Virus record (IMG/VR): IMGVR_UViG_3300010347_003641
Length of the DNA: 64,000 nucleotides
Direction: 5' to 3' (one strand)
Source: an uncultured virus (IMG/VR IMGVR_UViG_3300010347_003641)
Lineage: Duplodnaviria; Heunggongvirae; Uroviricota; Caudoviricetes
Every line of letters begins with the position of its first letter. Within the stretch, counting starts at the first letter, position 1. The notes beneath the pieces were generated by a model. That model saw nothing but the letters and a program-made list of their open reading frames with translations. It was not told the origin of the DNA and made no database searches. The translations under genes were made by a program, and so were the position numbers. Shown here piece after piece: positions 19,936 to 34,900 of this stretch.

Positions 19936-22900
19936 ATGGCTTCAATTTTCGACGTCGCAGGTGAAGAGATTCTCCTGTACAACGCTCTCAATACGAAGGT
20001 TCTTACATTCAAGAATGCGAACGGCGATCTTGTCATTCGCTCGGGCGCCACTCCGGAGATAGCGAAGACGCTCCTGGTTATAACCAAGGACGGCATAGTG
20101 TTGGACGGAAACGATGTCGCCTTTAAGGACTACGTCGATTCCGTCGTCGGCGCAATTCAGATAGGTACCGTTAAGCAGTCGGTCGCTTCCCACACGTCTC
20201 TTCAGACATTGACAGACAACGTCAACGGAGACATGAGATTCGCAGAAGACACAGCTAAGCTTTACAGGTACGACAGCTCCGCAACCGGCGGAGACATACA
20301 GTGCAACGAAGGCGGATATTGGGTCGCGATGTTCTCGGCGCCACAGCAGCACAACACGCTTCAAGGAATCCAGGGCGGCAGTTCTGCAAATTCCGAGTAT
20401 TTCCACCTTTCCCAAAACGAAAGAAGCAACTTGCTCACCCACATAGTAAGCACAAACAACCCGCATTCTGTAACACTCGAACAGTTAGGGGCTGCCAGCT
20501 CATCGCACGAACACAAATTCGGCGTAAAAGTCGGAACGGCCAACAAAGACTTCACGATCGGCAAAAACCTTTCGACTCCGTACGTAACGTTCGTGCCGCA
20601 GGGCAGCGCAACTGTAGAGCTTGACTCACAGGGGAACGTACTCATAGGCTTCACGCAAACGGAAACGATATACACGGCCGGAAGCGGCATAACCATAAGC
20701 CCGGACAAAGTCATTGCTATTAAATACGCTAGCAGCGGCTCTTATCTTGGGACAGGCGAGGCTGTCGCAAGGCACGACCATGAACATACTGGTTCTCAAA
20801 TACACGGCGCAGTTGCCTCGGCCGTGAACGCAGACACGGTCGATAACAAGCATGCAAGCGAATTCGCCCTGTCGTCTCACAGCCATTACAATTACTTCCA
20901 GAAGGGAGACGACTCTGCCTCGAAGATAACGCTGGGAAGCGGCGGCACGCTGAAACTCTATTTCAACGATTTCACAAGCACATTCGACAACACAGGCAAA
21001 TCAATAACTCTAACCCTCGATGGCACGAAAGTAGTGAAGAGCGTCAACGGGAAGAAGGGCGATGTTACGCTTGCCTTTAGCGACATAACAGGCACGTTGC
21101 CTACCCACACGCACTCAGGTGGCGACATCACTTCGAAGGTAGCGAGCTCTTCGTACGCAGACAACGCCGGACTGGTAAACAACTTCTCGGTAGGCCAGAA
21201 TCTGCTCACGACGTCCGACGTCAATTTCAAGACTGTTGCAACAACCGGCAACGTCACGGCCGGCGGTTCTGTCGCGGGTGTGAACATCACGGCTTCCGGC
21301 ACTCTCAGCGGAAGCACGGTTAATGCAAACACTTCTTCTAGCCTTGCAAGCGCTACTGCCAGCCAGTTGACAGCTTCGGGCGACATAAAAACCACGTCTG
21401 GCAGCCTTGTCTTCGGCAAGTCGAAACTGTTGAGCGCGAGGAACAGACTCGAGATAATGAGTTCTAGCGACGACACGAAGATCGCAGTCGGTTATCTCGG
21501 AGGAATAGACGGCCGCGCATTGGACTCGACGGATTTCGGGATCTGGTTCGGAGCAGGCAACGCGATAGTGATAGACAACGGCACAGCCTCTCAATTCAAC
21601 GGCGACTGGATAGTGCAGCACGACGCGAATGTATCGCTCGTCGATTCCGGCGGCAACGAGGTAATAAGGCTCGGTACAACCGCTTCCGAACTCGGCCTCT
21701 TCCTGAAGAACTCGGCTGGCACCGTGCTGTCGAAATTCACGTCCGGCGGAGCCTATTTCGGAAACAACGTCTGTATCCTGGCCGACGGTTCCGGGCAATT
21801 GACGGACGGGATAACGTGGACTCAAGCAGGCGAGCTCACGGTGAACGCGGCCAAAGTTATAGGAACGCTTTCGGCGGCGAAAGTGAAGGCCGAAGACGTA
21901 CTTACCGGTATCCTCGCTGCAGGCAACGCGAATGTGAGATTGAATCTCGGCCAGAACAACATCGCGGTCGAGAAATACTCGACCTCGTGGGCTCCGGTCG
22001 CAAGGTTCGGAGAATACGACAGCAACAAATACGGGCTTTGGGCAATTGAAGGAAACATAGGCGGCTGGAGTGTAAATTCTAGCAGCCTGTCCAACGGCAA
22101 CATATCGCTCGACTCTGCACTCGACAAGATAGCGGTAGGAACGAAGATAAACCTGTTCGGAAACGCCACGAGCACGATAGGTTCGATCGCGGTTGATGTG
22201 TCTGGAAACGTTACCATAGGCAACACCGCCGTATTCAACGCCAACAACACGGCGACGATATCCGGCTGGAAGTTGCTCACCGACCGGTTCGAAAGCACTT
22301 CCGGCAAGACCAAGCTGTACGCAAACGGCAAGCTCGCGCTCACAGATGGCACAAACGAGAAGATAAGAATGTTCATAGACGCCTCGAAAGGCCCCACGCT
22401 AGAACTCGTCGGCGCTATGAAATTCGACAGTGACGGCCTCGTCTTCAACGGCGGTACGATAAAGTGGGCGACGCTAGACGATGCTTCGAAATCGAACATA
22501 TCGTCATACTCCGTCATTTTCTCTTCGACGAACGGTTTCGCCGTGCTTAAAAACTCGGACACCGGTGTGTACACACCATCTTCCGTAACCATAACCGCCA
22601 CCGTTTACAGGGATTACGACGGCACCGCTGCGTCTGTAGCTTCGCACGACTGGAAAGACACATCGACCAACCAGACCGTAAGCTCCTCGTCCTCGCTGAC
22701 GATCAATCCCTCTTCTATATCCATGGGCGCGAACAAGACATACGCTTACACAGCAATTCTGTCGAACGGGCGAACAGTGGCATCTGCTCTCGTGTTGAGC
22801 TATTCTGCGACGGGTACTTCCGGGCTTCCTGGGGCGGATGCAATACATGCGTACGTAGAACCGGCCGCAATAGCCATAACCAAGTTTTCAAACGGTACGT

Positions 22901-25900
22901 TGAGTTCCACAAACGCGAGCGCAACCGCACGACTCTTCAAGGGAACTACCGAAGTGTCCGGCGCAGCGACGATAAGCTGGAGCAAGATTGGAGACGTTTC
23001 GTTCAGCCAGAGCGGCCAGACGTTGAATCTCACATACGATTGGGACGGTGTAGATTCGAAAGTCGGCGTTTACAGGGCGACGATACTGTACAATCCAGGG
23101 AGCGGGCAGCAAACGTATTACGCCTCTGTCCCAGTTAGCGTTGCCGACCACGGTGTGGCCGGAGATCCGGCCGTAACCGCTACGATCGAGCCGCAGGGCG
23201 TTATAGTGCGAAAAGACAGATTCGGCTCTTTCGACGGGAACAAGACTTTGACCGCACGCCTTTTCGTAGGAGGCACAGAAGTAACTCCCGATTCCATACA
23301 GTGGAAGAAAAACGGTTCGAACATAAGCGGAGCGAGCGCTTCTACATACACGGTAGTAGCGTCCGATTCCTGCGCGGCTGTTTATTCGTGTGCTATGTCG
23401 TACGGAGGCCATTACTACACGACTTCCACGATAGTAAACCTAGTTGTAGATGGCCCGCAGGGGCCGCAAGGAATTCAGGGCGTCCAGGGCGCAGCCGGCA
23501 CTTCTTCGTATTTCCACGTACGCTACTCTGTGAATTCCGACGGGAACCCAATGCAAACGACTCCGGCGAAGTACATAGGTACGGCCGTAACGAACAGCAT
23601 GACGGCTCCAGCAACACCTTCCGAATACTCGTGGGTACAGCTTGAAGGCTCACAAGGCCCACAGGGTGAACAGGGAATCGCCGGAACCGACGGCGCGAAC
23701 GGGCAGACTTCGTATCTACACATAAAATATTCCGACAACGGGTCCTCTTTCACAGCCGGCAACGGCGAGACTCCCGGAACGTGGATAGGCCAGTACGTTG
23801 ACTTCAATCCTGCAGATTCGGCCACGTTCGGCGATTACACTTGGACCAAGATCGAAGGCCCGCAGGGACCGGCCGGTGAAAACGCGGTCGTGTACTGGAT
23901 AGAAGCCGAAAGAAACACCGTGGTTTACAATCCGAACACGGGTATTTATACCGGTAATCCAATAACGCTAAAATGTATGAAGAGGGTCGGAAACGGAACT
24001 GCCGTCGAGCAGTCGGCTTACTGGAAGGTCGCCGGCGCATGGCATTCCGCAACACCATCGACCTCTATTTCCATCAGCCCGACTTCAACTACAAGTATAG
24101 CGGCCGCTCTCGCGTACAACGCGAGCGACAGCGAGTGCATAGATTTCCTAACAATAAACGTCGTCTCGGAAGGGTCCGATTCGTACTCCATAATCCTGTC
24201 GAACGAACACCAGACTGTAAGCGCGAATTCCGACGGCAGCTCGCCAAGCCCTTCGTCCGTGTCCACGTCGGTCCTCCTCTACAGAGGTTCCATGCAGATT
24301 AGCGATTTCTGGATAGGCGCGTCTTCTGGCACGGTGAACCAGACTACGAAAACCGTTACTCTTAGCATTCCAACAAGCAGCACGTCTAGCGGTTCTTCAA
24401 CGATAACGGTGAAGACGTCGGAAACAGGCACGACGATAGGAACGAAGAGCTTCACGTGGTCCAAGTCGCTCCGCGGTATAGAGGGGCAACAGGGTCCGCA
24501 GGGGCAATCGACTGTTGTCGGAATACTCTCTAATGTTTCGCACACGGTGCCGACCGACCCGAACGGCAACAGCGGCAACTTCTCCGGGTGCGAGACTACG
24601 ATGAGCGTTTTCGTCGGTACAGCAGACGATTCTGCGAATTGGAGCTATTCGAAGACTCAATCGGCCGGTGTAACCTGCACGCTCGTTGGAAGAACCGTTA
24701 CCGTCTCTGCGATGACGAGCGACACTGGCTACGTAGATATAACGGCCTCGAAGAACGGATATCCGTCAATAACAAACCGGTTCACGATAACCAAGTCAAA
24801 ACAGGGAGTAACCGGCGCAACCGGGCAGGCCGGCCAGAATGCCACGGCGTATTGGCTAGTGTCTAGCACCGCCGCGATCTCCAAGAACAGGGACGGCGTA
24901 TATACTCCTTCGAACATAACCGTAAACGGCAAGAGCGCGACGGGGACCAGCGCGCCGACAAGCTACTCTGGCCGCTTCAAGATCTACGAAACGAGCGATG
25001 GAACCAATTGGGTATCGACATACACTTCTTCGGCAAACGAGGCGTCGAAGACCTACACTCCGACTGCAGGCATAAAGGCAGTCAAGGTCTCCCTGTACCT
25101 GGCCGGCGGCACCACGACATTGCTAGACGAAGAGACAATCCCGATCGTGGAAGATGGCCCCGTCGGCCCGCAGGGTGTTCAGGGCGTGCAGGGTATCGCC
25201 GGCACCTCCTCGTACTTCCACGTGAAGTATTCGGCAAACGCGAACGGCAATCCGATGAGCGACACGCCGAACACTTACATCGGCACGGCGGTTACGAACA
25301 GCCACACTCCGCCCGACGTTTACAGCGATTACACGTGGTCGAGATTCGAGGGCGCGCAAGGGCTGAAAGGAGATCAGGGAATACCCGGTACGAACGGTGA
25401 AAACGGCCAGACGAGTTACCTTCACATAAAATACTCCGACGACGGTTCTAGCTTCACCGCCGGCAACGGAGAAACTCCCGGCAAATGGATCGGTCAATAC
25501 GTCGATTTCAACCCTGCCGATTCTCTCACTTTCTCCGACTATTCGTGGGCTAAGATAGAAGGCCCAACCGGTCAAACTGGCGCTACCGGTCCGCAAGGGT
25601 CGCCGGCCCTTACTTCCTTCCTAACCAACGACAGTCATATCGTTCCGACTGACGCTAACGGCAACAACGGCGTATATACCGGTTGTTCCACTACTATGAA
25701 CGTACTCGTAGGAACGACCGACGACTCGGCCAACTGGAGCTATTCGATATCCAGTTCGACCGGCGTTTCCGCATCTCTAAGCGGCAGGACCGTAACCGTC
25801 ACCAACATGACCAGCGACTCCGGATACGTCGATATAACCGCAACCAAGAGCGGATATCCTTCACTCGTCTGCAGGTTCGCTATATCCAAGTCGAAACAGG

Positions 25901-28900
25901 GGACCGCCGGAGCCAACGCCACGTCTTACTGGCTTGTTTCAAGCGCTGGAGCAATAAAGAAGGCGCTAGATGGCACACTCACGCCTTCCTCCATAAGCGT
26001 ATCGGCCAAAAGCGCGACCGGCACGTCGGCACCGGTTTCGTATTCCGGCCGGTTCATCATAGCCGAATACAACGGCAGCGCGTGGACCGACAAGTACACT
26101 TCCGCTTCCAACGAAGCAACGAAAGCGTACACACCGACGGCCAGTGCAACTGCAATTCGTGTCCGGCTGTATCTTGCCGGCGGGGCGACCAACATGCTCG
26201 ACGAAGAGACAATACCGGTAATCAACGACGGCCCTCAAGGTCCGATCGGGCAGACCGGAGCGCAGGGACAGTCAGGCCAATCAGCTATAATAAGCTTCCT
26301 GTCTAACAGCTCGCATCTGGTGCCTACCGACAGAGATGGAAACAACGGCGCTTTCGATGGTTGCGAGACCACGATGAGCGTGTTCATAGGAACCACCGAC
26401 GATTCTGAAAACTGGGCTTACGTCGCGACACCTTCTTCTGGCGTAACAGCTTCTATATCCGGAAGAACCGCAACGGTCACAGGAATGAGCGTGGATACTG
26501 GATACGTAGATATAACCGCGTCGAAAGCAGGATACCAGTCGCTTATAAGCCGGTTCAACATCGCAAAAGCAAAACAGGGAGTTCAGGGTGCGGCCGGTCA
26601 GAACGCCACCTCGTACTGGCTAATATCCGACGCAAACGCTATAAAAAAAGCGCTCGACGGCACGTTTTCGCCTTCAAGCATTGCGCTGTCTTCAAAAAGC
26701 AAGACTGGTACATCTTCTCCGGTCGCATACTCCGGTCGTTTCATAATAGCCGAATACGACGGTTCGACCTGGACAGACAAATACACTTCTTCCGCAAACG
26801 AATCGTCGAAAACGTACGCAACATCGGCAACGGCGAAAATAGTGCGTGCGAGATTGTATCTCGCCGGCGGTACAACAAACCTCATAGACGAGCAGCTAAT
26901 ACCGATCGTTGAAGACGGCCCGGCCGGTCCGCAAGGGCCAACGGGCCAGACCGGTGCGCAGGGTCCTCAAGGCTCTCCAGCTCTCATGGCGGTGCTCTCA
27001 AACGACAGCCACATAGTGCCGACAGACCAGAACGGAAACAACGGAGTATATACCGGTTGCTCGACTACGATGAGCGTGTTCGTAGGCACGTCCGACGACT
27101 CTATAAACTGGACCTTCACACGTACGAATTCTGCCGGCGTTACTTCAAGCATCGCAGGAAACGTCGTAACAGTCTCCGCAATGAGCGTCGATACTGGATA
27201 TGTTGACATAACGGCTTCGAAAACTGGATATCCGTCGCTGACCTGCAGGTTCACGGTAACGAAATCCAAGCAGGGAATAACAGGAGCAACAGGCAGCGCA
27301 GGCACCAATGGCATAGACGCCACCGCGTACTGGCTCGTAACCGACGTGTCGGCCATAAAGAGAACGATTGCCGGAGCGTATGTACCGTCAACGCTAACCG
27401 TTTCGGCCAAGAGTGCCACTGGCGCCGGCTCTCCCGCGGCATATGCGGGAAGATTCATAATCGCAGAAACGAGCAACGGCTCCACATGGACTAACAAATA
27501 CACGTCCTCTTCGAATGAGAGCTCGAAATCTTACACTCCATCTGCCGGTATCAAAGCCGTTAGAGTAAGGCTGTATCTCGCGGGCGGAACTGCGAACCTT
27601 CTCGACGAGGAGATAGTGCCTGTTGTTGACGACGGACCGCAAGGACCGACAGGGCCACAGGGAATACAGGGACCTACCGGCCCCTCTGGAACTTCATCGT
27701 ATTTCCACGTAAGATATTCTCCAAATGCCGACGGCAGCCAGATGCAGACCACGCCATCTACTTACATAGGTACAGTCGTGACAAACAACCCGTCCGCTCC
27801 GAGCGATTACACACAATACTCGTGGGTGAGACTCGAGGGCGTGCAGGGACCGCAAGGGGAGCAGGGAATCGCCGGTACGAACGGATTGAATGGTCAGACG
27901 TCGTACTTGCATATAAAGTATTCGGATAACGGTACCTCTTTCACGGCCAACGGCGGCGAAACTCCCGGCAAGTGGATCGGGCAATACGTCGATTTCTCGC
28001 CTGCCGATTCGACCACGTTCAGTAACTACACGTGGACGAAAATTGAAGGGCCGCAGGGTCCTACCGGCCAAACCGGAGCGCAAGGCCCGCAGGGAACACC
28101 GGCTCTGACGGCGCTTCTCACTAACGACAGTCATATCGTACCGACCGACAAAGACGGAAATTACGGGAACTACACTGGCTGCGCCACGTCCGCGAAAGTA
28201 TTCTCCGGCGCGACGGAAGACACCGCCAACTGGACTTTCTCGAAGGTAGATTCGACAGGCGTAACATCAGCGATAAGTTCTAACACGGTAACGGTTAGCA
28301 ATATGACCGTTGATGCCGGATACGTTGATATAACAGCCGCAAGGAGCGGATACCCGTCGCTAACGTGCAGGTTCACAATATCCAAGTCGAAGCAGGGCAT
28401 CACCGGACAGGCAGGCCAGGACGCTACTTCGTATTGGCTCGTGTCCGACGCACCTGCCGTGAAGAAGAACCTCGCAGGGTCATACATGCCGGCTTCTATA
28501 AACGTCTCGGCAAAAAGCCAGACAGGCACATCGACTCCCGCGGCATACGCAGGAAGATTCATTATCGCCGAGACTACCGACGGAACCACATGGACCAACA
28601 AATATACCTCTTCTGCCAACGAAGCCAGCAAGGCTTATACCCCAAGCGCAAGTATAAAATCGATCAGGGTAAGGCTGTATTTGGCCGGTGGTACAACAAC
28701 TCTTCTCGACGAAGAGGTTATCCCGATAGTCGAAGACGGACCGGTTGGGCCTCAAGGGCCGCAGGGTCAGCAGGGCATTCAAGGCCCGCAGGGACCTGTC
28801 GGCTCCAGCGGCTTGAACTTCAGCGAAGCGAAAATGCTTTTCACAGATCCCACGTTCCAGAGCGGCGAAAACGGAATGTCCGTTTACAACAACTCGGCCA

Positions 28901-31900
28901 ACGGGCTTGTAACGCTCGCGCGCGTCTCGCGCGTCAGCGATTCCCCGTACACCGATTCCGGACACAACATCAAGATAGCCAACACCGGCACGGCGAGCCC
29001 GGGCCTTGGCGGCTTCTACCACCCGATAAATTCAAGAGCGAACGCCGTGTTCGTGCAGCGCATTGTCGCGAAGATTCCCGTCGGTTACAGTATAGAGCAA
29101 GCAACTAACCCAATCGGTACGGACGCGACGAACACGTGGATCACTTCGAAGGCCGGAACCGGAAGATTCGAAGAGTACATTCTCGTGCGCCGTTGCGGTT
29201 CGACAGGCACCTTCTCCAGCTCTGGCCACATATACATCGCAGGCAGTCCTCTCGGCACTCCGGAAAGCCCCGTCGAGTGGATAATCGCGTACGCTACCGT
29301 TTATGATTTCACGGCGATAGGTTTTGCCAATATAACGGCCGTTCTCTCCAACGAGTCGCACACCGTTCCAACCGACAGCGCCGGAAACAACGGGAACTTC
29401 GCAAATGCCGCTACTACGATGACTATATTCAACGGCGCAAGCGACGATTCATCTAACTGGACCGTTACCGCAAACGCGAGCAACGTAACAGGCTCTCTCA
29501 GCGGCAAGACGTACACAGTCGCCGGAATGTCTGCCGATTCCGGATATGTCGATCTGACGGCTTCCAGAAGCGGGTACCCGAGCGTTACGAAACGCTTCAC
29601 TCTAACAAAATCGAAGCAGGGAATAACTGGCTCCACAGGAGCCGCCGCAACCGCTTACTGGTTGACCAGGAGCGCCGCCGCGATAAAAGAAGCACTCGAC
29701 GGCTCCTTTACTCCGGTGTCCATAACTTTCACGTTGAAATCGAAAACAGGAACCAGCGATCCGATCGATTACGCAGGCCGCTTCATCATCGCGCGTTCTA
29801 CGGACGGCTCCACCTTCACTAACGTATATACCTCAAGTACGAACCAATCCTCGTACGCGTACGCGATCCCTGCAGGCACAAAGTCTTTGAGGGTTCGCGG
29901 CTACCTCGCTGGCGGAACTACAACGTTGCTCGACGAAGAAATAATACCGGTCGTAAAAGACGGACCTGTCGGGCCGCAAGGGCCGCAAGGCGCGCAGGGA
30001 ATACAGGGCGTTCAGGGAATAGCGGGAACCTCGTCGTACTTCCACGTGAGATATTCCGCAAATGCCAATGGAAACCCAATGACGACGACTCCGGATACGT
30101 ACATAGGAACCGCCGTTACCAACAGCCCTACGGCTCCGTCGGATTATTCGGAATACGTGTGGTCGCAGTTCGAAGGCTCTCAGGGACCTCAAGGTCTTCA
30201 GGGAATTCAGGGGCCTAAAGGCGACAACGGACTTACAAGCTATCTACATATAAAGTATTCAGATAACGGAACGAGCTTTACCGCCAACAACGGAGAAACG
30301 CCGGGCAAATGGATAGGCCAGTACGTTGATTTCTCGCCTACCGACTCGACGACGTTCAGTAACTACACGTGGACGAAAATCGAGGGGCCGCAGGGTCCTC
30401 AAGGCATTCAGGGTGTTCAAGGCATCGCTGGAACCTCGTCGTATTTCCACGTGAGGTACTCGGCCAATTCGAACGGAAATCCGATGACTACGACGCCGAA
30501 CACGTACATCGGTACTGCCGTTACTCAAAGCCCGACGTCGCCAGATTCGTACACAGAGTACACGTGGTCCCGCTTCGAGGGGCTTCAAGGGCCGCAGGGC
30601 ATTCAAGGCATCGCAGGAACCAACGGAGCAAACGGCCTTACGAGTTATTTACATATAAAGTATTCAGACAACGGAACGAGTTTCACGGCAAACAACGGAG
30701 AAACGCCTGGCAAGTGGATAGGTCAATATGTTGACTTCAATTCTGTCGATTCAACCACGTTCAACGACTACGCGTGGACCAAAATTGAAGGTCCGCAGGG
30801 TGTTCAAGGGCCGCAGGGAATACAGGGACCGCAGGGCGAGGCCGGATACAACGCGTACACAGTAAGTATAAAGACAGATAACGGGCAACTGTTCAAAGCC
30901 AGCGAATACGGCACCGTCGTAGGACACAACACGATCACGCTATCGCTCGACCTTGTAAACATAAATCCCGTGTCTTACCAGTGGAAAAAGAAGGTAGGAG
31001 GAAGCGAGACCATAGTCGGTACCTCGAACCAGCTCGTAGTTAATTTCGCGGACGTATTGACTTCGGCCGTGTATTCATGTACCGTAACCGGTACTGCCAA
31101 CGGGCAAAGCGTATCTGTAAGCGACGCGACGACTCTGTCCAGGGTGTACGACGGAAGCGGCGCCTACTCGGTAGTCTTATCTAACGATCATCACGCGATA
31201 CCTACCGATTCTGAGGGAAATTATGGAGTCTATTCCGGCGCCGAGACCACCGTGAGACTGTTCAGGGGAATAACCGAAGTAGCAACCGGCGAATTCTCCA
31301 TATCCAAGAACCTGACGTCCTCTTCCGACGTAACCTCTTCGTTCAACAACACGACCAAGAAAGTATCGGTAAGCAGCATGACCGTTGACAACGGTTGGGT
31401 GGATATAGACGTCACTGTTGGCGGCAGCGTCGTATGCACCAAGCGTTTCAGCCTGTCAAAATCGAAACAGGGGGCTCCCGGCATATCCGCAACCAACACG
31501 ACCCTGCTAAACTGGTCAGGCAATGTCGCGTGGGCCACCAGCACGACGATGGCAAACGCTTCTACATGGACATTCGACAATGTGCCGGCCGACGTCACGA
31601 ACGTAGAGATATGGGTGAAGGCCACCGACCCGGAAGGCACCACGCACGTCGCGCTCAACGGCACCGATCTAGGGATCATGGATATAAACGATTACCATTT
31701 GCCCGACAACTCAACGGCGTGGTTCAAGTTCTTCGCTTCGAACGTGCTACCCGGCAGCAACCAAAACACGATAAGCATATGGTCAACCACGAGCGATGGA
31801 GGAACAATACTCGAAATAAAAGTGTATCCTACGGGCCTTCGAGGAGAGCAGGGTCAGACCGGAGCCGCGGCGATCGCTTATTTTGCTACCGCAACTCCAG

Positions 31901-34900
31901 ACGTTGTCGTGTTCGATCCGAACGCTGGAACCTTCTCGGCTTCCGCCATCAACTTAAAATGTTTCAAAGTTGTCGGGAACGCCGCGCCTGTCGCGCAGAG
32001 CGCCTCTTTCTATTACACAGACGCAACCGGAACTGCGGCCAGCGTTGCCGGCTCGAACGTCAACGTTACGTGGGGAAGCGCGGCCGGCAACATAAACAAC
32101 ACTACAACATTTACCGCAAAGGTCGGAGGAATCGAAGTCGATGCCGTTACGGTGAGTAGAATCGCCTCCGGTACGAACACGTATTCGGCGGTCCTGTCAA
32201 ACGAGGCGGTCATCGTAGCGACCGACAAGGACGGACTCAATCCTAATCCGTCTAGCGCCGAGACGATAATCACCGTTTACAAAGGGACTTCTCCGCTCAC
32301 ACTCACAGCGCTGTCAGCCTCCGGAACCGGCTGCACCGCGACTGCCAACCTCTCGTTGTCGAAGGTAACTATAAGCAGTTTCACGGCCGATTCTGGATAC
32401 GCGCAGATAACTATTACGGCCGACGGAAAGACATTTACGAAATACTTCAGATTCGCAAAATCCAGACAGGGTGCAACAGGAATAAGTGGAACTAACGCTA
32501 AGTACCCGGCCGTCGAAATAACCGGCGACATAAACAGCGTGTACAACGGTTCCACGTATTCGCCGGTCTCCGTAACTCTAGCGCCGAAGATCTTCGAGGG
32601 CGTCAACACGCTGAGCGGTGTGTCCTTCGATTGGTCTTACGTTAACGGCTCGTACACGGTCGTGTCCGGCTCAGACGCCACCACGCCGCTAACTATAAAC
32701 TTTTCGGATATCAAGAGGCCGCAGCCGGAGACAGTAACCACCGTCAAGTTAGTTATAAAGCACGGTACCCTCTCGTTCGTGTACAATGTGAACCTGACGG
32801 TTAAAGACACAAGATACGACTGGCTCAGGACATGGACGAACTCGACGCTCATAGGAACAGACAAGATAGCCACTCCGGACCTTTTCGCAGGCACCAACAG
32901 CGCAGGTTCGCTCACTGGCGTGCGCATAAATATCGAAGGCGTCAAGGGTCTGAAGAACAACGTTGCCACGTTCAACCTCGACACAGCCGGAAACCTGACA
33001 GTCGGAAACGATACCAACTACATGAAATTCACTTCCGCCGATGGAAAGGTGAAGATACGCGCAACCGAGTTCCTTCTTGCAACAGGGACCAACATTCTCG
33101 ACGCCGCTTCTGCCGACGCTCAGACGAGAGCAAGCACAGCCCAATCGAACGCGATATCTACCGCGGCGGCCGATGCCACCACGAAAGCAAGCGCGGCCCA
33201 AAACAACGCGATATCCACGGCCGCAGCCGACGCAACGACGAAAGCGAACGCCGCAGAGGACAACGCGAACGCTTACACGTCCGCCGAAATAGCTCTGGTA
33301 AACAACACGATCACGTTGAAGACTTCTGCGAGCAACCTGGTGTCTGAAATAAACCTAGCACCTGCCGGCGTAACCATATCCGGCGACAAGATAAACATAG
33401 TCGGCCTGCTCAACGCAATAAACAGCGACGGCTCTGTCACGACGATAAGCGGAAACAAGATAACGACCGGAACCATAACCGCCGCGCACATGAACGTGTC
33501 CAGTTTAAGCTCTATGACAGTCAATGCGGGTACGATAACTGCAGGGCTTCTGAAAGACGCCGCGTCGATCACCCAATTCGACGTAACCAACGGATTGATC
33601 AGGCTCGGAACGATGACGGCCGGAAAGGACGTAGGCGGCACCGGAATTCACGGAATAAACATAGATTCCAACAACTACTGGTACCAGAACGCGAAGTTCA
33701 GAGTGGGGAACTCCACCGATTACCTCTACTTCGACGGCACCAGCCTGAAGATATACGCGAGCGAATTCAAGGGTACGTTCAAGACGACGGCAAATGTAGA
33801 TGTCGGCGCAACGCTCACTGACCACGGAACGAGAATAACCGCGACTGAAAACGAAGTGTCGCTGAACGTCGTCAAGAAGGGCTCCATTATAGCCAGCGTG
33901 AACGCGTCCTCAGAAGGCGTTGCGATATCAGCGAACAAGATAAACATAAGCGGCGTAGTAACCGCGATAAACGGCGGCACGACCACCATCGATGGCAGCA
34001 AGATAACTACCGGCACTGTAACGGCCAAGCAGTTGCAGGTAGGAAGTAACGGCAACCTCGTGCCAGATCCTCTCTTTGAGAACTTCAGCGATTACTGGTC
34101 CGGAAGCAGTTGCGAAGTGATAGACGACACGACTTTCCCGGGCGCTTCTGGCTCGAGACCGGTCCGCGTATTGAAGATAACTACGGCTGCCGAAGCGTCG
34201 GCCACTCTCAAATACAAAGTGCCTGTAAATCCGAAGTCTATCTACAAATTCACGCTCTGGTTCTGGAGCGACAACGCGACAATCGGAACTAGATACTTCG
34301 GAACGTACGGATACGACAGGTCCGGCGCAAACACCGGAGTGCTTAACGAGAACGGAACTGTAAACACGAATCCGTACTTCTGGAACGGCGACATTCCGGC
34401 CAACACGTGGGTAGAAAAAGTCGGCTATCTACTTCCGGAATCGCTCAGAGGGAAGGGCTTGTTCAGCGGTAGTCCGAAGTTCTACATGCCATCGGAAATG
34501 CAATACGCCACTATGCGTTTCCTGAATTACTACAACGGCGGAACGGCCGTCGAGAACAGGTTCGCCATGCCGGTTATCGAAGAGATCTCTACGACGATAG
34601 ATGGCTATACGATAACAACCGGAAAGATCCAGAACGCAGCCGGCTCTTCCTACTTCAACTTGAACGACGGCACGTTCGTCCTCGGTACCGACAAGCTCGT
34701 CTGGAACGGAACAACGTTGTCGGTCAAAGGGAGCGGCGAGTTCTCAGGCACAATAACAGCTACCGGCGGCTCGATTACGGGCAACATGAACGTGACCTCC
34801 ACCTTGACTGCAAACAACGCCAAGTTTGGAAAGAACGTAACTAGTGGAAACCACGGTCTGCTGCTGAACGCAAATAACTACTGGTATGACAGCGGCACGT

